Source: Ptychomitrium polyphyllum (Eukaryota). From it: DNA of 64,000 nucleotides. Each line of letters starts with the position of its first letter. Position 1 is the first letter of the stretch. Below are positions 25,762 through 40,100 of the stretch, in pieces. Under the pieces are notes generated by a model that saw nothing but the letters and a program-made list of their open reading frames with translations, was not told the DNA's origin and did not search any database. The stretch lies in the NCBI GenBank assembly GCA_973851085.1, contig OZ316775.1:19716001-19780000 (forward strand), given 5' to 3'. Position numbers and translations under genes: made by a program.

Positions 25762-27335
25762 TCAACGTTCACACTACAAGATAGAAGTGCTTCCACTCAA
25801 CTAGAGCAAAGATGAGCTCTTCAGCAAGCCTCTGTAGACGTAGCCTGCAACGTTTGAAATTAGAGCGTATGGTTGCAATTTTGACCATTGCAACCTATTC
25901 ATTGTTTCGTTAAACCTATGTATCGAAACATTCTCGCCATGAACCTGCTGCAAGTGGGTTCCCTTTCAGCATTTCCTCTGAGCTTGCATACCAATAGAAG
26001 TGTTCATTAGCCACTTTATGAAATGCACGTTATTAGTACGACAATCTGATTATTGAGAAGTCCGCACATGCGTTGGATGACTTATCCAGCAAGCCTCTCC
26101 ATGTCATTAACTTCAACCCCCATATGTACCACAGCGAATCCAAAGACATACCAAGTTTGTTAGGAGACCGCATGCGAAAGAAAAAATTAGGCGTCAACTG
26201 GACAACTCAAAACATATAATGCTAGATTGCTCCCGAAATCGGTGCCTTAAACAGAAAAATAAAAACAAAACGAAAAAGTCCCTTTAAATCATTTATCAGC
26301 ACCTGCTGAATGCTGCAGAGATGCACAAAACAATCAACAGGTCGAAGACTGACTGACATTAACATTCAGCCCAAACATGAAACACATCGAAATCGTACAA
26401 ACATTGGTAATACTATATCAATGTATATGTGGCCACTCCCAGGCATCGACCATATAATTGGCCATCATCTAGGTATGAGCATCGTAAGTCAAGGTATCAA
26501 AATGCAGTATCAACTTCGTCTGTGACAGGCATGTGCCCACACTCAAACTACCACAGGAACAAAATTCACCTAGTTCCACAAGGTGTAGCCCATCACTATG
26601 ATGATCTGGAGAAATACAATCATGGTCCTCACTCCGAGCAATTAGGCCACTGGTACAGCATGTGGCCGTTCTTCAGGGTACTGGACGCATCGCTATACTC
26701 CTAGTCCACAGTTTCAACTTCTGGTCTCTTCAGCTCTATGCCCCATAGTTTCATACTCCAAAAAACTTGGACAATTGCATTGCTCCTTCAGGTCGTTTCT
26801 AACAAGCTCAGTCTGCCAAATCTATCTCGTCTCCCAGACAACCATAGAGCAAGACTGGTTACAACCCCAAAAGTGCTACACTACAACAGAAGCCGACCAA
26901 ACATATACAAGGCCGGCAGCTAACTGAAGAGACAATGCAAAGCATTGTGGGAAGGCTGAAATAATTAACCACAAGAAATACAACAAAATTCAGTACGTGC
27001 CGAACTGCAGGGTACTCGTGCAGAGGAGATACACGTAAAAGTCATCCCCCACCTGTTATTTCCTATGACCTTGTTATACCGACCAGATGAGCCAAACCGC
27101 AAGATTAAAAGGCCAGTTACCCAGCAGAATAATAAAGTAAGATCCACACTAAAACCATGACGAGGATGCCTCCTTTATCTTTCTTCCTCCGCAAATGCCA
27201 GACAACGAAAAATCAGGCACGGAGCATATTGTTGTTTATGCTCTGAAAGGCGCTCATGGCTTGCCTGCGAGGCATGAAGCACACCGCAATGTGTCATATC
27301 CTTATCATTTTCATATGACACACAACGCCACTTCA

Positions 27336-29707
27336 TCAGCCGCCAGCAGCTTGGCTTTTCATGGCATCTGCATTCCTTGGAGCTGCAAACAGACACAGTA
27401 ATTTAGGCCAGCACCTTATCCTCAACTGCCAAACACGAAAACTAAGTAACCCGTATCAACTACTGCAACATTCAAGAATATTTCCAATGAAAACCGCATT
27501 CAACAACAATCACTGTCGGGAAACTCACCTAAGTTGACTTGCTCAGACCCCTTCATGATCCGGAGTCTCTTCACGGTATTGATGAATAAGCTGCAAACCA
27601 GGATTCACGTGTCAAATACTTTCGGCATTGTTAGAAGACAAAATGAAAGAAGCAAGAATCAAGAATTTCCACCAATTGGTTTAAGACTTACTCCCAAGGG
27701 ACATCGCCGACAAGCATAAAATCCCTTTCATGGTCCTCATAAATGAGAACGTACTCAGATCCATCAAGGAAGTTCAGTTTTCTGCTGGGAAGAGCAGATT
27801 CACTTTCCACAGTACTTGAAGCCCGGCTGCCACTGTAGTGACCTACACATAACCATCCGCAACAGAGACATGTCAACAAAACATAATGTCAAACATAAGG
27901 CATATTCACTGACATCAGCAAAAATGGAAAGTAGTAGTAGGATTCTGATCTTATAAACATGTTGAAATCGTTGCCAAATAGAAACTAGAAAAATTTGTTC
28001 AACATACCACTGATGAACTGCTGGAACATCTCCTCCAAAGCCGGATACAGCTTCTCATAGCTGTTGTTCGTCTTCAAGTCAACTTTGCGACCAATAGGAA
28101 CTCCATCCATGTAAATTTTCACGAGACAGGAGTTGGTAGATGGGGATAGACCCTTTCCTGGCACAGACGGGCACGTTACTGTAGGAGCTGAGGGAGGAGG
28201 CGCTGGCCTGATAGGATTGTTATTCCTCACGAAAGATCGAACAGGTGGCCAACCCACTGTCTGGTTCTGTCTGCATTCGTAAACAAGGCAGTTCAATATA
28301 AAAAGCATCATCGGTTCAGAACATATCATAATATCGTCGAGCGGTTCAAGTGGACTCTATTGTGCAGTTTGAGTACAAAACCATTATGCCACTAACACTA
28401 ACATCTGTCAGGCTTTGGAGTTTTCAAGACTCTATTTCACAGGCCGAGAAGGTAATTATACTGATCCCTGCTTTCCAATCTTATGCAGGCAAAGACCTCT
28501 TCATGCATGGATTCCAATTGTCATGAAGAAGACTTCAATGTCGCAGAATACGAGATGTACACACGTTTCAAGAAGCAACTTACACAGGAGATGGAGATTC
28601 ATCATTGGTAGCCGGTGTTGCTGTTTCATTCAGCTTGTTAGCGTCGTTGCTGGCTTTGTTGGATGAGTCACCGGCGTCTTGCAAACTCTTGTTCATAAGG
28701 GTCCTTCGCACGTTGAAGGGGTTATGGGAGCCGTTAGACTTATCCAAACTTAGATTGTGCCATGCTGGACTGTTGTTAGCAAGAGACGCAGCACCCATCC
28801 ACGTCTTCCCCTGCTGCGATTTCACCTTCACATCGGTTTGGTCATTCCCGCCCATGCCCTTACCATGGCCTTCCCGAGGAGCCCCACCAGCGCTGGATGA
28901 ACCACCAAGGTTCATCCCAACAGCTTCCGAGAAGGCCCGCTTCACACCGTTATTCTTTACCCCAGGGAAAACGTTGTAAGGTGCATGAAAACCAGTGGAG
29001 TGCTTGCCCTTCAGTCCAGCTTCATAATCTTGTGGCCTGTTGTGCATAGGCCGGTTCGGGTATGCAGACTTCATCATCTGCGCTTGTGGGGGTTGCTGAG
29101 CGGCCTTCATGGCTTGTGCCTTGCGGAACTCCTGCAAAATGGCATTGTTTCGTTGAATACCTCCAAGGAGACTCTTAGCAAACCCCGGTTCTGCAACCGG
29201 CTCCCTTTCATCATGCTTCTGATCATGATGATATGCGGCTCTCTTTGCTGTGTTTTCCACAGTAACATTCCCATCCTGTGTAACAGGCCCATCCAACTTG
29301 CTACCAGCACGGCTCCGCTCTAGGTCCACAGCAGCTTCCGGGACCACCCGGTAACAGTCCGTCACATCACTGAAAGCCCTAGACTCTTGATCTTCGCCGT
29401 TAGACTTCCCAAGCAGCTTAAGCGAAGAAGGAGGACCAAGTCGTAGCACAGTAGCACTTTCGTTCAGGTCCATGACCTCTCTGCGTCCGCACTCTGGATG
29501 CTTGTCACTGGAGCTGTTGGCGGAAGATACCTCCGAGAGGCCGATGTAGTCATGCTCTTTGAGAGTAGTGCCACTCCCATTGCTATTCTCACGTGTAGAG
29601 GTCTCGACATGTGCATCCGTGTATACTGTTCCGAAATTCATTTTTGTTTTCTCAGAAAATTTGAGGTGTGTTCCAGACACGGCGCCAGAATTATCAATTC
29701 CGTTCAT
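27336..29707 (-). CDS. IAA: Aux/IAA auxin co-receptor and transcriptional repressor, long bryophyte type, about 548 aa, 5 exons
   Basis: Exons 29707-28584, 28270-28008, 27842-27692, 27590-27529 and 27382-27336 join in frame with GT-AG introns. LRLGPP repression motif, KR motif, degron [11 protein letters not shown], and PB1 domain [17 protein letters not shown]...[30 protein letters not shown]. The paralog is not determined and the start may be the second Met. Confidence 0.95.
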
Positions 29708-30430
29708 CGAATATTGCGAATGTCCACATATCTACCCAAGAACCTACATCAAAAACCAACAGATCCACCGTAAATATCTAAACAAGAACCCTTGAGGACT
29801 GAGTAATCTCAGTTACTTCTTATAAGGTTTGCATATAAACCTTTCATGTCTTAAACATACATGAAAGAACATCAGCTTCAACTTCTTCACATCCTTGGCC
29901 ACATACCTACCATGTACTTTTCCAAACTATGTAACACAAATACAACCCAGAACTCTCTCTTAGGTTTTGATTTATTTACAAGTCCCCGTTTCTTTGGAGG
30001 TCCACATCGGGTTAAGATAAGCCAGTGCCTAACTGCCATAGCAGAGGGGTTGTACATAGATGCATTATAAAGATGTAGTAGAAAGGGCCACCATTTCTAC
30101 AATAGACCATCACACATCGAAATCGACAGAATCTGAGCACTTATTACCAAGTCCAATACCATGTACGTTGAGATACATACCAGAAGACATGTCACCGCAA
30201 ATGCTCTCCCGCCTGTGCCTGCAGATCGATAACAAGGATATCCTGTCAGTTGGCTTCAAGAGTATAACAATACGCAACCACAATAATTCAACTCAACCTT
30301 AACACACGCAAACATCGCCATATCCACATCCACCAGCTGCTATGTCTAAAAAAGAAACCTGTTCTCAGATATAAAGAGCACTCCAGTTAGCCACCGCCAG
30401 AACACAAGGAACACTCTACTTTCAGAAAAA

Positions 30431-31120
30431 CCGACAGCATCCCTTTCCAAAACTAACCATATCTCATTACTCACTTCCATGGCTCACCAGTATACACTGC
30501 AACCAAGAGCGCTGAAAAACTCTCAGCTCCACTTAATCACAGTACATTGACCCTCATTAGACCTGCCTTTCAAATCAAAACCCACTAACCAACCATAGCT
30601 ACAGCAAAGGACTCGTATCAGCCATAGACAACTCACTTAACCTTGACACAAACAAACTCTCAGTCAAATTTAACAAGCTCTACGTCCATGGTCTACTAGA
30701 CCCACTAAAACCAAACGCTAGCTAGGACTAACTAATGATGGAAGAAGTGAACTCCAGCGGGGAACCACAACAGAAAAGAAGTGAAACCTCCTTCTCCGAC
30801 AGCTCTAAACCAACCGCCATCACCTCTTCCCATGTCTCCGAGCTCGAAGAGCTTCCTTAGGCGCCAAAGTTCAACGGAGTCCCCAAGACGCCAAACCCTG
30901 GCGATAACAAAAGGCAGACAGTGCAGGCAATAGATTCCTTCTTACCACTGGGTTGTTCTGTCCTTCAAGCGACAACGAACCTCCGCTTCAAGCGCTTCCG
31001 ACTATCGCCGCTAACGAAGAGCAACGTCGAGAGAGCTTCGTCACTTGCGGTCCTAGCCATGCACCTCCCTCTCGACCCTGTGTTGTATGAGCTCACCCTC
31101 TACGGCAACATCCCCCGACA
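30431..31120 (-). promoter_or_regulatory. Candidate auxin-response elements upstream of the Aux/IAA coding region
   Basis: CCGACA (TGTCGG on -) at 30431, 30796 and 31115; TGTCTC at 30833. These are short motifs, so function is inferred only from context. Confidence 0.45.
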
Positions 31121-32048
31121 AAGCAAAGAGCTCAATTATTCTTTCACTCTGTGCTCCCTCCCCCGACTACCAAATGAAGCTTCACGGCAGATGAGCTCGA
31201 GCTGAAAAGGGCAGGCAATGAACTCCGTGTTGCTGGCTATGGCTATGGCGGAGCCTCTCAGCGTGGAAATGAAAACACCAGCAACAAACCCTCCTGTCGT
31301 CTCCACCAACCTCTATCATCAAGCCAAGCCAATCTCGAAACCCGACATTATCTCTGAATTTTCTAGAATATATGTCCCAAATTATAGCCATTTCGTAGAT
31401 GGTTTCAGTCGTTTGGATAGCGGACTTGTAACGGTTTACGGTATACATCTCGTCAGTTCCCGGTGGTTCCTTGTGGTTCTCTCTGTTTCCATTGGTTCCT
31501 TTTTGGTTCCCTGCGGCGCATTCACCGAGGACGGTGGACGCGTCTCGTTGGTGGGAGATTTCATCGACGTCTTTTCGTGAATCGTTCGTCCGGCTCGCTG
31601 GATCCATGGGCACACTCATCGAGGATTTCATCCTATTCGCGAGAAAGGGGCCAATATTTTGATGGCGGATGCCATCTGATACGTTCGTCTGGAGCAGCGG
31701 AAAGGGACACTAAAACAGAGCAGACCAAAGACAACATCTCAACAAACATGGCCCAAAAGGCTCCTCTTATTCCTGAAGCCCCACCAGTCCATCGCAGCAG
31801 AATTTCCCTTGAATTTATCTTCTAGAGTCCTCGGCGCAGTTTCTGCAGCGGTGTTTTGATCCTGCATTTCCTGTTTGACTCGACCAACAAGTGTGGACCT
31901 CGGTGTGCCTAATCTCGTGTTGGGGGTGGAATGCCACCTCATGGGACCTCATGGGACTTCATGGATGTGCTTTCACGCAGTTACTTTGAGAGTTTGGGGC
32001 CCAATGCCGGGGTTTTGGGGGCATGACTTGCAGTACATGTTCCCCAGC

Positions 32049-32056
32049 CACGTGTC
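32049..32056 (+). promoter_or_regulatory. G-box/ABRE-like motif at the edge of the Aux/IAA upstream island
   Basis: CACGTGTC lies just before the sequence turns strongly AT-rich. Confidence 0.3.
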
Positions 32057-34661
32057 AGATTTGGCAACAGATAATAATTTAATTTTATAGTCGTTTGGAA
32101 AATTCTGTGCATAAAATAAATCAATTATGTATTAGGAAAATACCAAATTATACTACAAAACGTTGTTGGAATTTATAATTGCATTTGAAACCTTGAGAGT
32201 GTAGAAGTCTTGTTCTCAAGTGGGCAATTTTCACCATGAACAAACAATTAAACAAAACAAAACATTGTTTGTAGTAATGGCCCTTGTTCAAGAAGCCTTT
32301 TTTAAGCTCCTAGTCATTCCTCATATTGTGAATCAAACTTGGATAGAAGAGAGTGCATTGGTTATCTTTTCTATAATATTTCTAAACAAATTATTCCAAA
32401 AAAATTTATTTTACGTATACTTATATATTTATAGTTAAAGAATAAATGATTAGGTGTGACTTTTTGAGATTGAATTATATTGGAAAAATAAACTTAAAAT
32501 CATCTTCATAAACTACTCACTAGACTAAAAAAATTTTATGACTAGACATAAAATGAACATTTTAATCATCTCAAATATTTTGGTCATTAATATTTTTATA
32601 GTAGTATTAAAAAACTTAAATATATTACTTCTTTTTATCCAATCATATACTTTGAATCATTAAATACATCTTAAGTTTATTGGTACATACTGCTTTCAAA
32701 TTTGTTTTCAATTGTGCCACATATTCATTTGTTTAAATGTGCATAATTTGAATTCTTTGTTGAAAAGCTATTAAATTTTTTTTGAAAAAAGTATTATAAT
32801 TTTGATATTAATAGTAATAAAAGCATGTGATACTTATAAAACATTATAATGAAGAATGTTTGGAATATTTCCAAATATAAGTTAATTCATTGTAATCATA
32901 TTATATAATTTAATACAATTTGTCAAACACATTTATCCAATTATTTTAGAACTTTAGAGATGAAGAAATGTTTTTGTATTTATTAGAAAATCATATAAAA
33001 TATACTTTTCAAAGCATGTGATATTTTATAAGCAAATCATATTGAAATTGTTCAAAATTTATCAATTACTTCCAAAAGGTATCAACTTAATATTTACAAA
33101 TATTATAGCATGGAAAGGATGAAATATTTTTTTATCAAAGTATTTTCAACAAAAATTGTTTTTTTTCATAATGCGATAGTTTTTACATGGAAATAGAATT
33201 TTATAAAGATTTGATAAGCATCTCAATAAAAAAAAGCTCAATTTTGGACACGTTTGGTTTAAAGAAGATATATTTATTTTTATATAGAAACCACATGCAA
33301 AAATTGATTCTTGAATAAACCTAATATATCGCTTTTTAATTAGTTCTAATGTATCCTATGTAATTTCTTAATTTACAACTTGCAAGAAATTTAACTATGA
33401 AGAATAAAATAGATAATATTTTCCTATATCATATTCATAATTTTTTTATAATGTCCTCCTCAAAAGCTTTGTATTGAAAAATTTGGGCCATTTTTTAAAT
33501 CTTCAATGGTTTCTAGTAATTTTTTGTACCAATATGTTCTTAAATTAATATTAAATATCTCTAAAGTTAATAGTATTTTCTTTTTTGATTGTAGATTTAT
33601 TAAAAATATTCTAACTTCAACATACTACTATCCAAAATTTGTAGGATTTAGAATTTTATTTTTGATGTTCAAATATTATGATCTTCTAATCTACATATTT
33701 GTGTGATTTCAAAATTCATCTATCTTAGTTCATAAGGAGTTTCTTTCAATATTTTATAGTTGAGATTTCCAAATGTGGCTTTCAATTAGACATTTGACAC
33801 TTGAAGTGTTTTTGGATAAAATTTCCATGGATGCTTTGAAAATCAAGATTGGCTTTACATTACAACATAATGACAGGTAAAAGTGAAAGTAGAATTTTGA
33901 CCTTAAAAAGGAATAAAAAGTTGTATAATGATGTATTTTCTTCCAAAAATATGAAAAGCATCAAAAATTTTATGCCTCAATTTAAGAAGCTATTGTGCAA
34001 ACTTTATTCAAATAACATGCATTTAATGCAACTTCTTATATCTTCTAACAGTAGTCATTTCTTTTGTTTTGAAAATCAAGAAAATAATTGAATATTCATT
34101 TATAGTATAACGTCATAACCTTATTCACAAGCTTGATAACATTTGTGAACTTTGTAAACTTACACCGTATGATGAAAAGTTGAAGAATGGATTAAAAAAA
34201 ATGGTCTAAAAGAGAAAATGGAAAAAGAGAAATTAAATATTGGATAATCTAAGAAGTTCAAACCATTCAATTTCCATGCATTGAATTCACAAATTACATA
34301 TATCTCAGAGAGGCCATAAACAATTTGGAAGGGTCCATAAACTTCAGTGTGCATCACATCAATTGATTCAAATATGCTATACAATGATTATTTCAATGAA
34401 GATTTTCATCAACTACATATACTGGAGTCCTACATGAATAGCATACTTTGATCTTGTTTAGAAACGGCATTTTGCATGAAAAGTTATAGACTTGTGTAAA
34501 AGAATGTCCCATCTTTTGCTCTGTGCTGTAGCAGATGTTAGGCTTCGTAAAGAAAAGAGTCATTTTCACAACCCGTGTATGCTGTAGAGGGCAATTTATA
34601 CTTCAGAAACGGATCAGGGCACTGAAGAGGTCCACAAAAGCTCTGTCGACAATCCTTGAAC

Positions 34662-34735
34662 TACAGTACAGTACTGGAGTTACTACAGTACAGTACTGGA
34701 GTTACTGCAGTACAGTACTGCAGTTACTACAGTAC
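34662..34735. repeat. 22-bp tandem repeat (about 3.4 copies) rich in GTAC
   Basis: TACAGTACAGTACTGGAGTTAC x2, TGCAGTACAGTACTGCAGTTAC, TACAGTAC. Seven GTAC cores. Confidence 0.9.
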
Positions 34736-37154
34736 ATAATCCTGCAATTACTGGTGCCTCTAAGTTAGCTTCAGGTAATCAATTATGAACTGGTACCAAG
34801 GCGTCGTAATCTGGCATGCGTCACAGTGCTGGTGTTACCATGCCGAGGGTAAAGTCAAACAAAGAAATATTTAGACTTGTTAAAATGAATGTGTAGAGCT
34901 TTCTCCATTTTGTTGCAATGAATGATTCAGCTAAACTAAGCTTACGAGATTAATTCATGTTCGGGGCTGGCATTGTTGGACCAAATTTATAGCAGCCATT
35001 TAGTCCATGTTTGTTGGGATGTTCTGCCGAGGTCTGCTCTGCTGTAACCCATGTCAGGTGATTCTGCCAGAAGAGTCATTTAGCATCTTCCAAAGCAAAT
35101 CTGTTACTGCATAGTGTACAGTTATTGTGTCGTATAAAAAGCCAAACAACTATGTGCGTGGGCCTATTTTTAGTTCACAGTTTGTTTATAGCGCGGGTGT
35201 ATTTGATCACATTACAGCAACAGACATTTGGCTTCGTTTGTTTGCAATAATTTTGTAACTTTAGTTCCTGATTCGATGAGCTTCTTCTTTTCCCCTGACT
35301 CGAGAAGTTTTCGAAGAAAAGTCATGGTGGGATGTAAACAAGTTATTTTGATTGTCTATTTTCAAACTGTATTTATTTCTCCTTTACACATGTTTACACA
35401 AGTCTTCACAAGTTCAGTAAAGGAACTTATTATTTACAAGTTAGTTTATAATGGAAAGTAGACCTTTGTTCTTGACACCTAGATGAATTCCAGAAGTTTA
35501 TTACTTTTTAGTGGAAACAAATAATTTTTATCAATGGAACTTGACATTTTTTAAATAAATGACCTTGTATATTAATTACCACATCGATCATGGATATGTA
35601 GCAAGGATCAATTGAAAGAATGATATTTAATGTTATGGACATATATCATGCAATATAGTCTTGAAAGTGTATCCATTCAAAGTCTATGTGCTTATATTTC
35701 TTGTCATATTATAGATCTCCATGACATCTTATGTTATTCTACATTAAAAAAGTATTTTTCCAATAAAGAATAAAGAGAAGAAGAAGTAATTTGTCATTAG
35801 TGGAGATCTACAAGGTTCTTACAACAACATTGCCTAATTTATTGATTTGTTGTGCATTATAATACATATTGGGATTCAAAACCACAAAGAAAGAGAAAGT
35901 CGGACAACTTAACAAGATTGTCAATATAAACAAATATCAAATAGAACTTCTCCATAAAAAATGTGATGGACAAATATAGCTTATTGGTGAAATATGGCAA
36001 ATGTATTATTCAAAGATTCTTTTAAAATAATTGAACATTCTTTAAATATGCTTATTATTCATTGAGTATTTTCTTGTTAACCAAACACAAGGTGTATTGA
36101 ATGTCTTTGTAGATACATAAACAAAAATGGACAAACATATGTATAAAATGACCTACTATATAATTATAGGATGCTTATAATGAAATTATTGCATTATAAA
36201 TAAGAGGCATCAGAGATAGATCAAAGTCTTCTAAATACAAGTTGTAAAACATTATCGACAATATTGATTTTTTTGACTTCTTACATCAAATTTTATTATC
36301 CAATAGTCCTTTAAAAACCAAATCTTGAAACCACTTCTATTCTATAGTTTTGTTTCTTTTGTTTTAATAGTTTGGCAAGATTCCTTCATTTTAATAAAAG
36401 CTAAGGTATATTTGAAAAATACAAATCACTCACCTTGTAATCCAATGCATTGTAGATTATTCTCCTCTAAGTTGGCATTTATTCTTCATGCTTTTGTCAT
36501 TATTGAATGTGTGCAGTATTCTTCTTAAGAATATTCAAGTTTTTTGGAATTGCAAATTATCCTTGTCCAAATTATTTCTTCTTCAGTATCTTGATTTTTT
36601 TTATTTATGCAAGTAATGATTCAATTATGGTTTTTATAAGGAACATAAAAAAATATGAATACAACTAGTGTACATTCAAGAAGCATTAAATATGTTATTG
36701 AATTATGTGTGTAATATTTTCTCATAACAACAAGGTTCTCTTTTGTGATAGGCTAAGATTCTTATATTTTACTCATACTTTCTTTTCTTAGCTCAAATAT
36801 CCATTTAAATAAAATAATTCAAATTTAACCTATTAATCATATTTAGTTCAACTCTCCAAAACTTTTATTTAAACAAACATTGAACCTTGATACTTAGTAT
36901 TTTAAAACAAAAATTTACTAAAAGCATAAAATAAAGTTTTGTATCCAAAACAATCTTCAAACCTTAAAAAATACCTTTATACTTTCAAATCCAGTTTAAA
37001 GAGCTTATTAATAACAATTTAACTTTAAAATGCTTCAGTCCAATATTAATTTAATTGAATCCATGGTCTGTTTCTTAGTCTTTAATTTCTCCTTTACAAC
37101 CCTTTAAGCAATTAAAAGCCCTTTCATATGATTTAATGAAGAATTACTACCACT

Positions 37155-40100
37155 TGTCAGAGGCATATATATTAATAGCATCTAGAAAGGTTCTTAGAAG
37201 GTTTAGGAAGCTTCCAAGGAAGTTATCTCAGCTTAGGAAGTTTTTGTGGAAGTTACTTTGGCTTAGGAAGCTTTCAAGGAAGCAATTCAAGGTTGCTTAA
37301 ATACAAAGCAATGTAGTAGAAGCTTCCTAAGTAGCTTTTAAGGCTTTTCATTCAAATATATATACAAGTCGAGAGTGAAGGAATCTTCAATCTCAACAAT
37401 ACATTTTTTGTGGTCTAGCTTAGATCTTCTTGCCTTGTCTTTGTACATTGTTATAGCTCTTTACATCTAATATACCTTGGACATATTTTGTTTCACATCT
37501 TGGAAACAGAAGCCTTATTTTGTAGTTACTCTGTTCATAATAGTTTGTTGAGACTACCATACAACAATACTAGAGCTTGGTCTTTCTTGATAGAGAGCGG
37601 ATCATCCCTCTTTTTAAAAGCACTATAGCACTTTAGAGGTTGCAAATTACCCTCTTTTGGACTAATATTGCCTCTTGAATTTTCTTTGGTTTCTTGCAAA
37701 CTTAATAATTTTTATCTGTTTCCATTTCATTTCTATGCCAGGAGGTGAAGAAGTTAATATGATTGATTAAAAAGAAGCCAAGTTAGATTCCTCTATCAAT
37801 GCTTTTAAAGCATTGAAGATCAAAACTAAGACTTTATCCAAGAAAAATAAAGAATTGTACTTAATCATATATAATGGTTAAGGAGTAGAAGCATTGCAGT
37901 TGCTATGCCAATTCAACTTAGGTGTTTCATCATCTAAATCTGATTTAATAGAAGACGGACAAGTTCAAGCCAAGAATTCATTGTCAATAGCCAAAAAACC
38001 AAGAATCAGCCTTCCGTAGAAGTTTGATGGTATGCGTTCAAAATTTTGAGGCTCTGTAAACCAAGTTCAACTTATTACCTTGCTTCAACCTTGATGGTAT
38101 CCTACGGACGCTTCGCGTGTTGGTTTGGTAGGAACGTTGCTTTCAAGACAAGCATTGTCTTGGTTTGCACTACTTTTTGAAAAAAATTCTCCCATATTTA
38201 GTAATTTTTTTGCGTTCCTAGTCACATTTGCAGAAGCATTTGGTGACCATAATAAGCTTCGTTCCACAACTACTAAGATTTGTGCCTTGCGCCAAGGCCA
38301 CATTCTATGTCAATTTATGCATTGGAATTTTAACAACTTGCATGCGACATGAATTGGGGATAAGAAGCGCTGATGGATCAATTTCATTGGGGCGTATGCG
38401 ACAAGATTATAGATTTATTACTATCCATGCCAGACCCCCAAACACTTGATGAGGCAATCAATTGAGCTTTGAAGTGCGATAATTGTCTATTTTAACGTTG
38501 ACAAGATAAACAAACTTTGATTATGCCTCAGCCATATATCATCTTTTTAATACCTTTAGTCTTGTTTACCTTTAATAAGTACTTGGGAGCAAAAGCCATG
38601 CAAATTGATGTGGTTTGCTTCAAGCCCCTTATTAAACATGAGCAAAAACGACAAAAAGAGCAAGGATTGTATTTGTACTATGGAAAATCTGGCTACAAGG
38701 TTGATAATTGCTTAAAGAAAACTCTATGTACATATTATATGAAAGGTACAACCACAACACTAAATACTTTGTAAAAAAATGTTGGACGTCAAGCCACAGT
38801 AGGAACTGTGCAACTGGATCCGCTTCCTTCGCAAGAAAGAAAAGGTCCTATACTATTAGCTCATCTTTCTTCTTGTTTTACTATACCTGTTAGTTTAGGT
38901 ATTTATAAGCTCAAAAGCCTTGCTTTAATAGATTCAAGAGCCTTTGTTTGCTTCATTGATGAAGAATTTTTAAAAATCCATATGTTTTTTTTATTAAATT
39001 ATCCAAACTTGTCCATGTAGAGGTCATAGATGGCCGACCATTATCTTTTGAAGATGCTATTTATGAGACCAATCTATTAACTATAACATTGGACAACCAT
39101 AGTAGCCAAATAATATTTAATGTCATTAGGTTTCCATCATATTCTATCATTTTAGGGCATTCTTGCCTCAAAAAATACAACCCGTAGATAGATTGGACAT
39201 CCTGCAAAGTAGAATTTCCATCATTAGAACCTATAATTACTAAGACTACGGAAAAAGCTAAAGCATCTTATAAATTTAAGACCATAAAGCCTCTTTTTAT
39301 TGGAGCTAGAGCATTTATGAGAGCAGCAAAGGATGGTGCTTCTTTTGCTATGTATGCAACTCCAATGTCTAAAGTTGTGGTTTCATCTTCAAGCATTTCA
39401 AAAAAATATAAAGAGTTCAACGATGTATTTGAAAAGAAGAATATAAACATCCTATCAGAACATTGTCCCTATGACTATGCCATAGACCTCTAAAAAGGCA
39501 TTCAGTCACCATTTGGACCTTTTTATAATTAATCTCAAAATGAGCTTTCATCACTAAGGAAGTATATTGATGAAAACTTAGTCAAGCACTTCATTCAACA
39601 TTGAAAGTCTCATGTTGGTGCTCTAATACTATTGTAAAGAAGAAAGATGGATTTTTACAAATGTGTATTGATTACTGCGGCCTCAACAAAATGACAGTGA
39701 AGAACTATTATCCATTGCTGCTGATATATAAACTTCTTGATCAACTTGGTCAAGTAAATATCTATATTAAAATAAACCTGCAAGGAACCTACAATTTGGT
39801 GCGCATAAAAGAAAGAGACAAACGAAAGACGGCTTTTTAAACAAAGTATGGACATTTTGAATACAATGCCATGCCTTTTGCACTCACCAGCGCACCGGTT
39901 ATTTTTCAACACTTGATGAATGACATATTTTGGAAGTGCCCCAATGATTTTGTCGTATGCTATTTGGATGATATCTTGATCTATTCAAAGAATCCAGAGG
40001 AACATGAACAACATATCTCCATAGTTCTATAAAAGCTACTAGATGCCAGTTTATATGCCAAGCTGGAGAAATGTATTCTCCATGAATCTCAAGTGGAATT

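Noticed and set aside
34990..35110. miRNA precursor hairpin
   Set aside because: Pairing between the arms is patchy and I recognise no mature miRNA.
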